Notes under the pieces: model-generated
Seen by the model: only the letters and a program-made list of their open reading frames with translations
What the model was told of the DNA's origin: nothing
Databases searched by the model: none
Shown: positions 48,071 through 57,379 of the stretch, one piece after another
Numbering within the stretch: position 1 is the stretch's first letter
How the letters are laid out: each line of letters opens with the position of its first letter
DNA from: Acidobacteriota bacterium
GTDB lineage: Bacteria > Acidobacteriota > Terriglobia > UBA7540
Reading direction: 5' to 3'
DNA: 64,000 nucleotides
NCBI GenBank assembly: GCA_004298155.1
Contig: SCRD01000025.1
Location: forward strand, 21,022 to 85,021
Position numbers and translations under genes: made by a program

Positions 48071-49102
48071 CTAGCCAAGCCATTGGGGGTTTTGATACGT
48101 GCCGTCGTACGTGTGCGAGGTCTTGAAAGGTTCGAAACCGCCATTCGCCGCAGCCTTCGCAGTTTTTGCCAGCAGTGCGGCCACCTCGCTTTCGCTCATC
48201 GGCTTGAAAGTCCGTACAGCTTCAAGCCCCTGCTCAAGGCGTTCCTCCGTCTCGCAGCCGTTGATCACCACAGAGGTCGGCAGGTTCATAGCATAGTGCA
48301 GGCAATCGATAGCCGGAAGCACGTTGTTGCGGGGAATGGCGCCATCCGCCAGCGGCTTCATGCCCAGCACGCCGATGCCATGTTCAACGCAAACCGGGAC
48401 AACTTCCGTTGCGAAGCTGCGGTAATGCGCGTCGAGCACATTCAGCGGCATCTGTACGGCGTCAAAGGTGAACCCGCGCTTGAGGCCCGCGTTCAGCATC
48501 TTCAGGTGGATGGCCGGGTCCTTATGTCCTGTGAATCCGATGTACCGCACCTTGCCCGCCTTGCGTGCGGCCAGCGCGGCCTCAAAGGCGCCGTCCGGCC
48601 CGAAAATGCGGTCAGGATCGCCGATGCGGATCACTTCATGGAACTGGATCAGGTCAATCACGTCGGTCTGCAGGCGCTGCAAGCATTCGTGAAGCTGTTT
48701 TTCCCAGGCATCTTTCACCTGGGCGTCGGTCTTGGTCATCAGGAAAACTTTCTGCCGGTAACCGTCCTCGAGCGCCTTGCCCATGCGTGTCTCACTCACG
48801 CCGTTGTGATAGTCCCAGCAGTTGTCCATAAAAGTGATGCCGTGGTCAATTGCCGTCCGGATCAGCCGAATGCTTTCCTGCTCGTTTGGATTCATCCCGA
48901 TGTGATATCCACCCAGTCCCAGCAGTGAAATCTTTTCCCCGCTTCGCCCCAGCGTGCGGTAGATCATGCCTTGTGAACTTGTAGATGCCAATGTTTTCTC
49001 CGTTGCCGAAGGTCCCAGGCTGCTTCCCGTTATGCCTGCAATACCCACCGCCATCCGGCCCAGGAAGTCTCTGCGCGTCGGTTTCTCTTCCTTGTTTTTC
49101 AT
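48071..49102 (-). CDS. Aldo/keto reductase with twin-arginine (Tat) signal peptide
   Basis: TRRDFLGRMAVGIAGITGSS Tat motif, then AKR motifs (GLGGYHIG, IDHGITFMDNCWDYHNG, YIGFTGH). The ATG at 49102 was chosen. Confidence 0.85.
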   Translation of the reverse strand: MKNKEEKPTRRDFLGRMAVGIAGITGSSLGPSATEKTLASTSSQGMIYRTLGRSGEKISLLGLGGYHIGMNPNEQESIRLIRTAIDHGITFMDNCWDYHNGVSETRMGKALEDGYRQKVFLMTKTDAQVKDAWEKQLHECLQRLQTDVIDLIQFHEVIRIGDPDRIFGPDGAFEAALAARKAGKVRYIGFTGHKDPAIHLKMLNAGLKRGFTFDAVQMPLNVLDAHYRSFATEVVPVCVEHGIGVLGMKPLADGAIPRNNVLPAIDCLHYAMNLPTSVVINGCETEERLEQGLEAVRTFKPMSESEVAALLAKTAKAAANGGFEPFKTSHTYDGTYQNPQWLG

Positions 49103-49359
49103 GCGATGGCCCTCCTTGGTTGGGTCATGCCTGGTGAAGAAATATGCCATTCCCATGAATCGATGCGTGAATCATACCACGACTGGGTAATCGGTTCACC
49201 GGTCAATTGGAGGCTGGTTCGCGCGGCTCGTTTTTCAGAGGAAATGTGGGTTATCTCCTATTAAACATCGTAGGATTGGTGAGGATGGCGCCAGCAGCCG
49301 GCCCATTGAAACCGGGCGGCCCCGGGCCATCTGTCGAAACTCGCAATAAGGAGACCCGC

Positions 49360-49950
49360 ATGCACGCAAATCTCTGGACCGATCTGTTTATTCCCGGCCT
49401 GCCGTTGATTGACAAGATCCTGCGCGCCGTGATCGTCTACTCTTTCCTGGTTGTGGCATTGAAGCTGGCCGGAAGGCGGGAACTCGCGCAACTGAATGCG
49501 TTTGACCTGGTGGTCCTTCTGACCATATCCAACACCGTCCAGAACGCCATCATCGGCAACGATAATTCCGTTACGGGTGGGTTAATCGGCGCCGCGACGC
49601 TGCTGGCGGTTAATTATATGGTTGTCCGGGTCGCGTTCGAGTATGACAGGAAGCGCCGCCACGTCCGCGACGCAGGTGTGGTTCTTGTCGCAAACGGAAC
49701 AGTCCGGCAGGAATCGTTGCAGAAGCAACTGATCAGCAGGGACGAGCTTAAGGAAGCAGCCAACCGGCAGGGTTACTCATCGCTCGGGGAAGTTGAACAT
49801 GCGGTGCTGAACCCGGACGGGTCCTTCGCGTTTACCAGGAAGAAAGACGGCGCCGAAAATCATGCCTATCAGGAAATCCTGAACCGGATTAACCATCTGG
49901 CCGAACAGATTGGCCGATTGCAGCCCGGCGAAGGGCCGGCGAGTTCATGA
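49360..49950 (+). CDS. DUF421 (YetF-like) membrane protein
   Basis: IVYSFLVVALKLAGRRELAQLNAFDLVVLLTISNTVQNAIIG is typical of DUF421. The ATG at 49360 has AAGGAGA upstream. Confidence 0.75.
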   Translation: MHANLWTDLFIPGLPLIDKILRAVIVYSFLVVALKLAGRRELAQLNAFDLVVLLTISNTVQNAIIGNDNSVTGGLIGAATLLAVNYMVVRVAFEYDRKRRHVRDAGVVLVANGTVRQESLQKQLISRDELKEAANRQGYSSLGEVEHAVLNPDGSFAFTRKKDGAENHAYQEILNRINHLAEQIGRLQPGEGPASS

Positions 49951-50301
49951 AGATCGGGCCTAATGGCGGACGTGTCTCGGGCCGTTCGATCCATGGGCAA
50001 CGCAGTCCAATGCTTTAGAGCCGCCTGTTGAGCATCACGAGCCGAGCATCGGAGCGGGTTTCAGGGGCACGGCTTCGATCGGCAGAGCAGCCCTGATAGT
50101 GGGTCCCGGCCATAATTGACAAGCATAAGCGCTGCCAACCCCTCAGCCGCCATGCTATCGGATCTCCATCAGGGATATCCGGTGGAAATTCGCGTGATTG
50201 CGATTTGTATGTTTCAGAACGCGTGTTTAAAATGAAATCACGGTCCAATTGCCGATTGTCAGCCGGCGCCGGGGTATTGCGCCGGAAAGGGGTGTACCGT
50301 C

Positions 50302-50733
50302 ATGGCAGGAATTGCTCGTGCCTTCGCGAGTCCATGTTGCCGTCCAGGCAAAGCCAAAAAGACCCTCGTGGTGGCAGTGGCGCTCACATTTATGGCGTTT
50401 GGGGCAGCTCTTCCACGAGCGGCCGGGCAATCGATTGGCGATTATCCGGGGGCTACACCCCAGACTACGCGGCCCAATCCACAGGGGTCCCGCCTCCCCC
50501 CTGAATCGCCGGATGTGTTCCCAAAAACGGGGCCAAAGCGGAATAAGGCCCTCCTGGATGACAACTTCAAGAAGTTGAAGGAGCACGCCCAGAATCTTGC
50601 TGAACTTGCCAAGTCACTTCAGGCTGAGATTGAAAAGTCCAACGAAAACGTACTTTCGCTGGAAATTATCAAGAAGGCAGACGAGGCGGAAAAACTGGCC
50701 AGGAAGATCAAGAGCGAGGCCAAAGGGTTCTAG
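50302..50733 (+). CDS. Hypothetical secreted helical protein
   Basis: Signal-like KKTLVVAVALTFMAFGAALPRAAG, a Pro-rich linker, and a K/E-rich helical C-terminus. Confidence 0.5.
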   Translation: MAGIARAFASPCCRPGKAKKTLVVAVALTFMAFGAALPRAAGQSIGDYPGATPQTTRPNPQGSRLPPESPDVFPKTGPKRNKALLDDNFKKLKEHAQNLAELAKSLQAEIEKSNENVLSLEIIKKADEAEKLARKIKSEAKGF

Positions 50734-50795
50734 CGGAGGCTGGCCTCGCAAGAGCGGCCGGCGGTCCCCCGCATTCCCCCAGTAAGGGCCTGGCC

Positions 50796-53441
50796 TTATT
50801 GTGAGGTGGCTTGAGCTTTCTCGTTTGTACCAATCCGCATCCCGTAGAACGAACGGTAGACAAAGTAATACGAGATGGCAAAAAAGATGGCTGCCAGGGT
50901 GTGTGTCAATCCCGAGCCGCTGGTTGCCGTCAGGCGCACTGCAAGTTCCACGGCCAGTAGCCCAAACAAAGTTGTGAATTTGATGATCGGGTTCAGCGCC
51001 ACCGAAGATGTGTCTTTGAACGGGTCGCCCACCGTGTCACCCACGACGGTTGCGTCGTGCAGGGCGGTCCCTTTTTCCTTCAGCTCCACCTCGACAATTT
51101 TCTTGGCGTTGTCCCACGCTCCGCCCGCGTTGGCCATAAAGATGGCCTGGTAAAGACCGAAGATGGCAATCGAAATCAGGTAGCCGATAAAGAAAAACGG
51201 ATCAAAGAAGGCGAAGGCCAGAGTCACGAAGAAGACTGCGATAAAGATGTTCAACATGCCGCGCTGCGCATACTGCGTGCAGATTGCGACCACCTTCTTG
51301 CTGTCGCTAGCTGAGGCCCTCTCCACTCCTTCCAGGCGAATGTTGGCTTTGATGAACTCGACGGCGCGATAGGCGCCAGTGGTAACGGCCTGAGTTGAAG
51401 CCCCCGTGAACCAGTAGATGATGGCCCCGCCGGAAATCAGGCCCAGGACAAACGGCGCGTGGAGCAGGGAAAGCTTATCCACGTTGGTTGTCAGGCCGTT
51501 AGTGAGGGCCATGATGGTGGCAAAAATCATCGTTGTGGCCCCAACTACCGCCGTTCCGATCAGCACGGGCTTGGCCGTGGCCTTGAAGGTGTTGCCGGCG
51601 CCGTCGTTGGCTTCCAGCATTTCCTTGGCCTGCTCAAAGTTAACGTCCAGGTTGAAATCGCGTTTGATTTCCTGCTCCACGTTGGGAACGTGCTCGATCA
51701 GCGATAGTTCGTAAACTGACTGCGCGTTGTCGGCGACCGGGCCGTAAGAGTCAACGGCAATCGTCACCGGCCCCATTCCCAGGAAGCCGAATGCCACCAG
51801 GCCGAAAGCGAACACGGGCGCAGCCAGCATGATGTTTTGAAGGCCGCGCTCGCTGACCCAGGAGCCGATGGCCATCAGCACCATCATCGTGAGGCCGAGA
51901 TAGTAGCTTGAAAAATTGCCGGAAACGAAACCGGACAGGATGTCAAGTGACGCTCCGCCTTCGCGCGCCGAGGTCACCACTTCCTTCACATGCCGGGCCT
52001 CAGTGGACGTGAAGACTTTAACCAGTTCAGGAATCAGAGCACCGGCCAGAGTTCCACAGGAGACAATGGTTGAAAGCTTCCACCACATCGAGGGGTCGCC
52101 TCCAAGGTCCGGGATGATGAAGGCCGAACTCAGATAAGTCAGGGCGATGGAGGCAATCGAGGTGAGCCAGACCAGCCCCGTGAGCGGGGATTCAAAATTC
52201 ATTTTCGCAGCGTGTCCGTAGCGGGCTTTGGAGAACGCGCCGTTCAGGTAATAAGCCGCCGCAGCCGCCACGAGCATCACAACGCGGATGACGAAGATCC
52301 AGACCAGGAGCTGGACCTGGACCACCGGATCCTTGACGCCCAGCAGGATGAACGTAATCAGCGCCACACCCGTCACGCCGTAGGTTTCAAAACCGTCGGC
52401 GCTGGGACCAACCGAGTCGCCCGCGTTGTCGCCAGTGCAGTCGGCGATCACGCCCGGATTCCGCGCGTCGTCCTCTTTGATCTTGAAGACGATTTTCATC
52501 AGGTCGGCGCCGATGTCTGCAATCTTGGTGAAGATGCCGCCGGCAATTCTCAGCGCTGCAGCTCCCAATGACTCGCCGATCGCAAAGCCGATGAAGCACG
52601 GCCCGGCGTAGCCACCGGGAACAAAAAGGAGAATCACCAGCATCATCAGCAGCTCAACGCTGATGAGCATCATGCCGACGCTCATGCCGGCGCGCACAGG
52701 AATTTTGTATACGGGATACGGCTTGCCTTCCAGGCTGGCGAAGGCGGTGCGGGAATTGGCAAAGGTGTTCACGCGAATGCCAAACCACGCCACGCTGTAA
52801 CTTCCTAAAATCCCCACCACGCTGAACAGCAGAATGATGGCCACCTGGAACACCTGGTAATGGAGTAGCACTCCAAAATAGAGGATGATAATAGCCGCGA
52901 TAAAGACCCATAGCAGAAAGAGGAACTTGCCCTGCTGGACCAGGTAGGTCTTGCACGTTTCCCATATCAGGGAGGAGATGTCCGCCATGGTGCGGTGGAC
53001 CGGAAGGTTCTTCAGTCGTTTGTACATGGCGAACCCGAACAGAAGGCCGAAGATGCAGAACAGAATGCCAAAAAGCAGCAGGTTATGCCCGTTCATGCCC
53101 AGGAAGCTGACCTTGGTGAAATCGGGGAGCGTCAGATTGGCTTCACCTGCAGACGTCTCGCCTGTCTGGGCAAAAGCAGCTGTGGCGCTGAGCAGCATTA
53201 TGGCAACACTCGCTATGGAGGCCCTTGCCACAAGGCGCCACCCGGATGAGCGCCCGGCCGGTTCACCCACTTCGGGCTTGCGCCGGACATTGCCTGGGTC
53301 CAAAATCAGTTGCAAAAGGCGCCTTGGAAAAGACATCAGGGACCCCCGGCGGGTCAGCAGCCTTACCGCGATGACAACCGGCGCGCCTAAAAGCAGGAGA
53401 ACAGATAATAGGGTCATTTTTGCTCCGTTGTGTCTCATCAA
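50796..53441 (-). CDS. hppA: Membrane-bound proton-translocating pyrophosphatase, K+-independent type
   Basis: GDNAGDSVGPSADGFETY, GDTVGDPFKDTS and GGAWDNAKK. GNTFKA has Lys at the position that distinguishes K+-independent enzymes. The N-terminal start is uncertain because of a long extension. Confidence 0.9.
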   Translation of the reverse strand: MMRHNGAKMTLLSVLLLLGAPVVIAVRLLTRRGSLMSFPRRLLQLILDPGNVRRKPEVGEPAGRSSGWRLVARASIASVAIMLLSATAAFAQTGETSAGEANLTLPDFTKVSFLGMNGHNLLLFGILFCIFGLLFGFAMYKRLKNLPVHRTMADISSLIWETCKTYLVQQGKFLFLLWVFIAAIIILYFGVLLHYQVFQVAIILLFSVVGILGSYSVAWFGIRVNTFANSRTAFASLEGKPYPVYKIPVRAGMSVGMMLISVELLMMLVILLFVPGGYAGPCFIGFAIGESLGAAALRIAGGIFTKIADIGADLMKIVFKIKEDDARNPGVIADCTGDNAGDSVGPSADGFETYGVTGVALITFILLGVKDPVVQVQLLVWIFVIRVVMLVAAAAAYYLNGAFSKARYGHAAKMNFESPLTGLVWLTSIASIALTYLSSAFIIPDLGGDPSMWWKLSTIVSCGTLAGALIPELVKVFTSTEARHVKEVVTSAREGGASLDILSGFVSGNFSSYYLGLTMMVLMAIGSWVSERGLQNIMLAAPVFAFGLVAFGFLGMGPVTIAVDSYGPVADNAQSVYELSLIEHVPNVEQEIKRDFNLDVNFEQAKEMLEANDGAGNTFKATAKPVLIGTAVVGATTMIFATIMALTNGLTTNVDKLSLLHAPFVLGLISGGAIIYWFTGASTQAVTTGAYRAVEFIKANIRLEGVERASASDSKKVVAICTQYAQRGMLNIFIAVFFVTLAFAFFDPFFFIGYLISIAIFGLYQAIFMANAGGAWDNAKKIVEVELKEKGTALHDATVVGDTVGDPFKDTSSVALNPIIKFTTLFGLLAVELAVRLTATSGSGLTHTLAAIFFAISYYFVYRSFYGMRIGTNEKAQATSQ

Positions 53442-53768
53442 TTGCCCGCCCCGGCGGCGGGAGCCTGGACATCTTCAAGATTGATAAAGAGTATATTGTC
53501 TGAACGATTGCACAGACTAGCTTAACGGTAAGCTGCTTAGTCCTAGACTTATAGCATACGAGGAAAATCGCCGTCAAGGGAACGGGAACGCCGGTCGTGT
53601 CCCAGCTTGATTTGTAACACGGGCGTCCCTGGCTGTGCTTTAGAAGTATTCATGAAGCCAGATTTCTCTCCATTCTGATGCACACCGCAGGCCGGTGCCC
53701 GGAGGGCATCGAGACGATGCGACTCCGGTTGAACACGCTCAAACTAAAGGGGTTGGGCCGGAGCCTGT

Positions 53769-54521
53769 TCAATCATCTGTTGCAGGAGAGCTTTCTCGCA
53801 CCGCAGCCTTTTTCATCGGCCTGGGTATGAGCATGGGCACCTGGTTCTTGTATTCCAGATAGCGCTCACCGTGGAAGCAGACCAGGTCCCGCTCCTCAAA
53901 CTGGATGGCTACCAGCATGAAGCCCGTGCACATAACTGCAAAGAACAGGTGACCAAGCGTCATGCGCGGCGTGCTCCAGAAGGCGATGAGAAAGCTAAGG
54001 TAGATCGGGTGGCGGACGTACTTGTATTCCATTGGGGTCCGGAAGCCCGGATACTTATAAGGAACACCGCGAAAATACATCCAGGTCTGCCTGAGACCGA
54101 ACAAGTCGAAGTGGTCGATTATAAAAGTTGCTAACAGAAGGTTAAGCCAGCCAGCCCAGAAAAGAACCTGCAGAACGATGCGGCCGAAGCCGGGGCCGAT
54201 ATCCCAGATCACGGAGGGCATCGGCTGCCAGAAGACGATGATTGCCAGGAGAGCCAGGCTGGAGAAGAGGACATAGGTACTACGCTCGAGTGGCCTGGGG
54301 AGAAGCTTTGTCCACGCGCGCTTAAACTTCTGCCGAGCCATGCCGCTGTGCTGGATGGCAAACAGCGCGAGAAGGCCGGCGTCAATCAGCAAAGCAAGGC
54401 CAAGGGATAGGCCGGAACGAGGCGCATCAAGTGTCCAGACAAACCAGATTGCCCAAAAGAAGGAAACGAGGAACACAAGATAGCAGAAAACACCGTAGAG
54501 CAAAGCAAGCAGGCGCAACAT
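53769..54521 (-). CDS. ICMT/PEMT-superfamily membrane methyltransferase, MddA-like (methanethiol S-methyltransferase-like)
   Basis: Multi-TM protein with YKYVRHPIYLSFLIAFWSTPRMTLGHL..QFEERDL..GERYLEYKNQVPMLIP. The MddA resemblance is from memory of annotated homologues. Confidence 0.65.
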   Translation of the reverse strand: MLRLLALLYGVFCYLVFLVSFFWAIWFVWTLDAPRSGLSLGLALLIDAGLLALFAIQHSGMARQKFKRAWTKLLPRPLERSTYVLFSSLALLAIIVFWQPMPSVIWDIGPGFGRIVLQVLFWAGWLNLLLATFIIDHFDLFGLRQTWMYFRGVPYKYPGFRTPMEYKYVRHPIYLSFLIAFWSTPRMTLGHLFFAVMCTGFMLVAIQFEERDLVCFHGERYLEYKNQVPMLIPRPMKKAAVRESSPATDD

Positions 54522-54730
54522 AACGTCACCCCTTTGGCAGTGTTTTGTCCCTGAGCTCAGACTACCCCAACCAACTGGCGTTGAGACTATCACTCATTAT
54601 CATGGGAGGTCAAGATGAGGATAGTGTTCGGCAAGGCCGGCATCTTCAAGGTTATGCAATTGAAGGCATAGAAACAGGAAGCTGCACTACCGCGCCATTG
54701 GGCCGGCTGCAAAATAGATGGGTTATTATG

Positions 54731-55762
54731 CTACCGTGCGGCCGCCCAGGCCATACCGTCACATCCCGGGCCTGCCTCAATCTTCTTTTCGACTTTCCAG
54801 GTATGAAGGTCGATGACGGCGATCTGTTTGCTGTGGTCACAGGACACGAACGCGACCCCTCCGTCTGGCCGGACCAGGACCTCCTGCGGAGCCGCCGGAA
54901 CATCAATGGTGTGGACCACCTTCCAGGTTTTCAGATCAACCACGGCAACCTGGTTCTTATTGATTACCGCAACCACGAGATAGCGGCCGTCGGGCGTGGC
55001 GGCTGTACCGTAACCGATGCCGGGCAGTTCAACCCAGTGCGCAACCTTGTTGGTGGCGGTATCGATCACGGCCAGCCGGGGACTGGTCTGGTCAGATGTA
55101 AACGCATAGCGGTCGTCCCTGGATACTGAAATCCGCTGCGTCTCTTTGCTGATAGGGATCACCGCGAGGGTCTTTCGCGCGGCAACGTCGAGCACCGAGA
55201 CGGTTCCCGGACCGACGTTTGCAGTGTAAATACGGCGGCCGTCATGGGAAAACGCCAGCATGTGCGACTCGCGCTGTCCGGTGGGGATAGAGCCCACAAC
55301 TTTGTTGGTCTTCGGGTCGATGATGGTGACGGTCTCAGCCAGCTCGGTGGAAACATAGAGAAGCCCGTCGGTAGGAGAGAAGTGGGCGCAATGCGGGCGA
55401 AGCGGGCGGTCAAGGTTGATGGTGAATATCACCTTGTGGCTGGCAAGATCGATTACATCAATCGTGCGGCCGTCAGTCCCCGGCTTGCCGACGCCGGAAT
55501 TCCCATAGATAGGCGCGTAGGCCGTCTTGCCGTCGGGCGATACGGCAATTTCGTGGGCAGTAAAGCCGGTTTCGGTAACCGTGGCAATCTCCTTGCCGGC
55601 CACCGGGTCCACGATTCCTATTGTGTTGTTGCCCTTGTTGTCTATGACCAGGAGACCGCGCGCCGACGAGCGCGCCGCCGACCTGCCGGAAGCCGCGAGA
55701 GCGATGAGTGGAAGGACCACGGCCACGCCCAAAAGGATAGAAGAAACTCGAGTGATGTGCAT
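54731..55762 (-). CDS. Secreted YVTN-type beta-propeller repeat protein
   Basis: Signal peptide, then about 7 repeats of ~40 aa of the type G..P..ia.spDG...Yv.n....tvsviD. Confidence 0.75.
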   Translation of the reverse strand: MHITRVSSILLGVAVVLPLIALAASGRSAARSSARGLLVIDNKGNNTIGIVDPVAGKEIATVTETGFTAHEIAVSPDGKTAYAPIYGNSGVGKPGTDGRTIDVIDLASHKVIFTINLDRPLRPHCAHFSPTDGLLYVSTELAETVTIIDPKTNKVVGSIPTGQRESHMLAFSHDGRRIYTANVGPGTVSVLDVAARKTLAVIPISKETQRISVSRDDRYAFTSDQTSPRLAVIDTATNKVAHWVELPGIGYGTAATPDGRYLVVAVINKNQVAVVDLKTWKVVHTIDVPAAPQEVLVRPDGGVAFVSCDHSKQIAVIDLHTWKVEKKIEAGPGCDGMAWAAAR

Positions 55763-55880
55763 GATGACAGCTCCCTTAAACGTTTTCCGGGGCCGTGCCC
55801 ATAATAACGGCGCATCCGCGGACTCCAACTCGATTTAACGGGTTGCAACCGTTATAGATGTACCGGTTAAAAACGGCCTG

Positions 55881-56222
55881 CTACTGGACCTTCTCTCGCG
55901 CGGCTTCGCAATCTTCGCACGGGCAAAGGTCGCGCAGGTAGTCGAAAGTATAAATGCCGGTGGAGTGGCCGTCATTCCAAAAAATCTGTAGCGCATAGCG
56001 CCCCACCAGTTCCGCCTTTTCCGGTTTCAGCGGACCCGATCCGAACATCGGCAGCAATCCTGGCCTCTGGGGAGCCCGGGTGTTTGAATCCAGGCACGTG
56101 GCGCACGGGCAGCGGTCGCGAAGGTACTGGTAAGAAAATGCGCTTTGATGTCCGTCCGCCCATTCAATCACCAGCTTGTTGCCTTCGCCATGCAGCCGGA
56201 CCGTCCTGGGAGTTGAGATCAC
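55881..56222 (-). CDS. DUF971 (gamma-butyrobetaine hydroxylase-like N-terminal) protein
   Basis: Duplicated motif YLRDRCPCATC / YLRDLCPCEDC. It sits downstream of the mrp gene, a common pairing. Confidence 0.75.
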   Translation of the reverse strand: MISTPRTVRLHGEGNKLVIEWADGHQSAFSYQYLRDRCPCATCLDSNTRAPQRPGLLPMFGSGPLKPEKAELVGRYALQIFWNDGHSTGIYTFDYLRDLCPCEDCEAAREKVQ

Positions 56223-56226
56223 GCCC

Positions 56227-57294
56227 TCACTCCGTAATAATTTGTGGGACCTCTTCGCCGGCGCGGCTCACCTGCGCTGACAGGGCCTTTGCCACGGACA
56301 GGTACGCCTCGGCCAGCGGTGAATTCAGATCGAGCGCGATGGGGCGGCCCGCGTCGCTCTGGATTCGAATCTTTGGGTCGAGCGGAATTTCGCCCAGGAA
56401 CGGTATCGCCAGCCTGTCCGCCGCCTCTTTCGCTCCCCCGTGACCGAAAATATCTTCACGAACGCCGCAGTGCGGGCACACATAATAACTCATGTTCTCG
56501 ACGATTCCCAGAATGGGGATGTTCAATTTTTTGAACATGGCAATCGCCTTCCAGGCCACGTCGAGAGCCAGGTCCTGTGGAGTTGAAACGATGACGGCGC
56601 CGGTCAGCGGGATGGTCTGCGAGAGGCTTAACTGAATGTCGCCAGTGCCCGGGGGCAGGTCCATCACCAGGTAATCGAGTTCGCCCCAGTTGACGTCCCC
56701 AAGAAATTGCTGGATGGTCTTGTGGAGCATAGGTCCGCGCCAGATGACGGCTTCATCCTGCGGCAGGAAGTAGCCCATGGAAATGATCTTGATGCCCCAC
56801 TCGACCGGCGGCTCGAGCTTCCCTCCCACCACGCGCGGTTCCTGCTTGCCGCCCATCAATGAGGGAACGCTGGGGCCGTAAACGTCAGTATCCATCAGGC
56901 CGACTTTCGCCCCCTGGCGATAGAGCGCCACGGCAAGATTGGCCGCTACCGTCGACTTTCCCACTCCACCTTTGCCGCTGGCTACGGCGACGGTGGTCTT
57001 TACCCCTGGAATCAGGTTCGATTTTGTTTTCGGCGGAGCTGCCGACGGGGTGGCGATTTCCACTTCCACCTTCGGCGCGCCAATAGCCTCGACCGCTTTG
57101 CGGATGGCGGCAGCGAGCTGTGAATTGGCCTTCGGCGCGCCAGCGGTCTTCATCTCAATCACAATCAACGTGCGGTCAGACGTCACCTCGACGTCCTTAA
57201 CATATCCCAGCGAGACAATGTCCTTGCGTTGCGCGGCGTCCTCGACGCTCTTCAGTGCCTCCAGCACCTGCTGCGGACTTACTCTCTCACTCAT
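56227..57294 (-). CDS. apbC: Fe-S cluster carrier ATPase Mrp/ApbC (NBP35 family)
   Basis: N-terminal DUF59-like domain, VASGKGGVGKSTVAANLA, DLPPGTGD and a CPHCG motif. Confidence 0.9.
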   Translation of the reverse strand: MSERVSPQQVLEALKSVEDAAQRKDIVSLGYVKDVEVTSDRTLIVIEMKTAGAPKANSQLAAAIRKAVEAIGAPKVEVEIATPSAAPPKTKSNLIPGVKTTVAVASGKGGVGKSTVAANLAVALYRQGAKVGLMDTDVYGPSVPSLMGGKQEPRVVGGKLEPPVEWGIKIISMGYFLPQDEAVIWRGPMLHKTIQQFLGDVNWGELDYLVMDLPPGTGDIQLSLSQTIPLTGAVIVSTPQDLALDVAWKAIAMFKKLNIPILGIVENMSYYVCPHCGVREDIFGHGGAKEAADRLAIPFLGEIPLDPKIRIQSDAGRPIALDLNSPLAEAYLSVAKALSAQVSRAGEEVPQIITE

Positions 57295-57379
57295 GATTTC
57301 CCCCGGAACCGGTCTCCTTGTCGATTAACTAGCATTCTCAGACGCAGGCAGGGAATTGTCAAACTACGGCCCGGCGGCT

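Noticed and set aside
49951-50301. A 350-bp gene-free spacer as a candidate ncRNA (6S, SRP, tmRNA or RNase P).
   Set aside because: I found no conserved signature of these RNAs and only short, unconvincing complementarity. The region is left unexplained rather than called. An Rfam cmscan would settle it.
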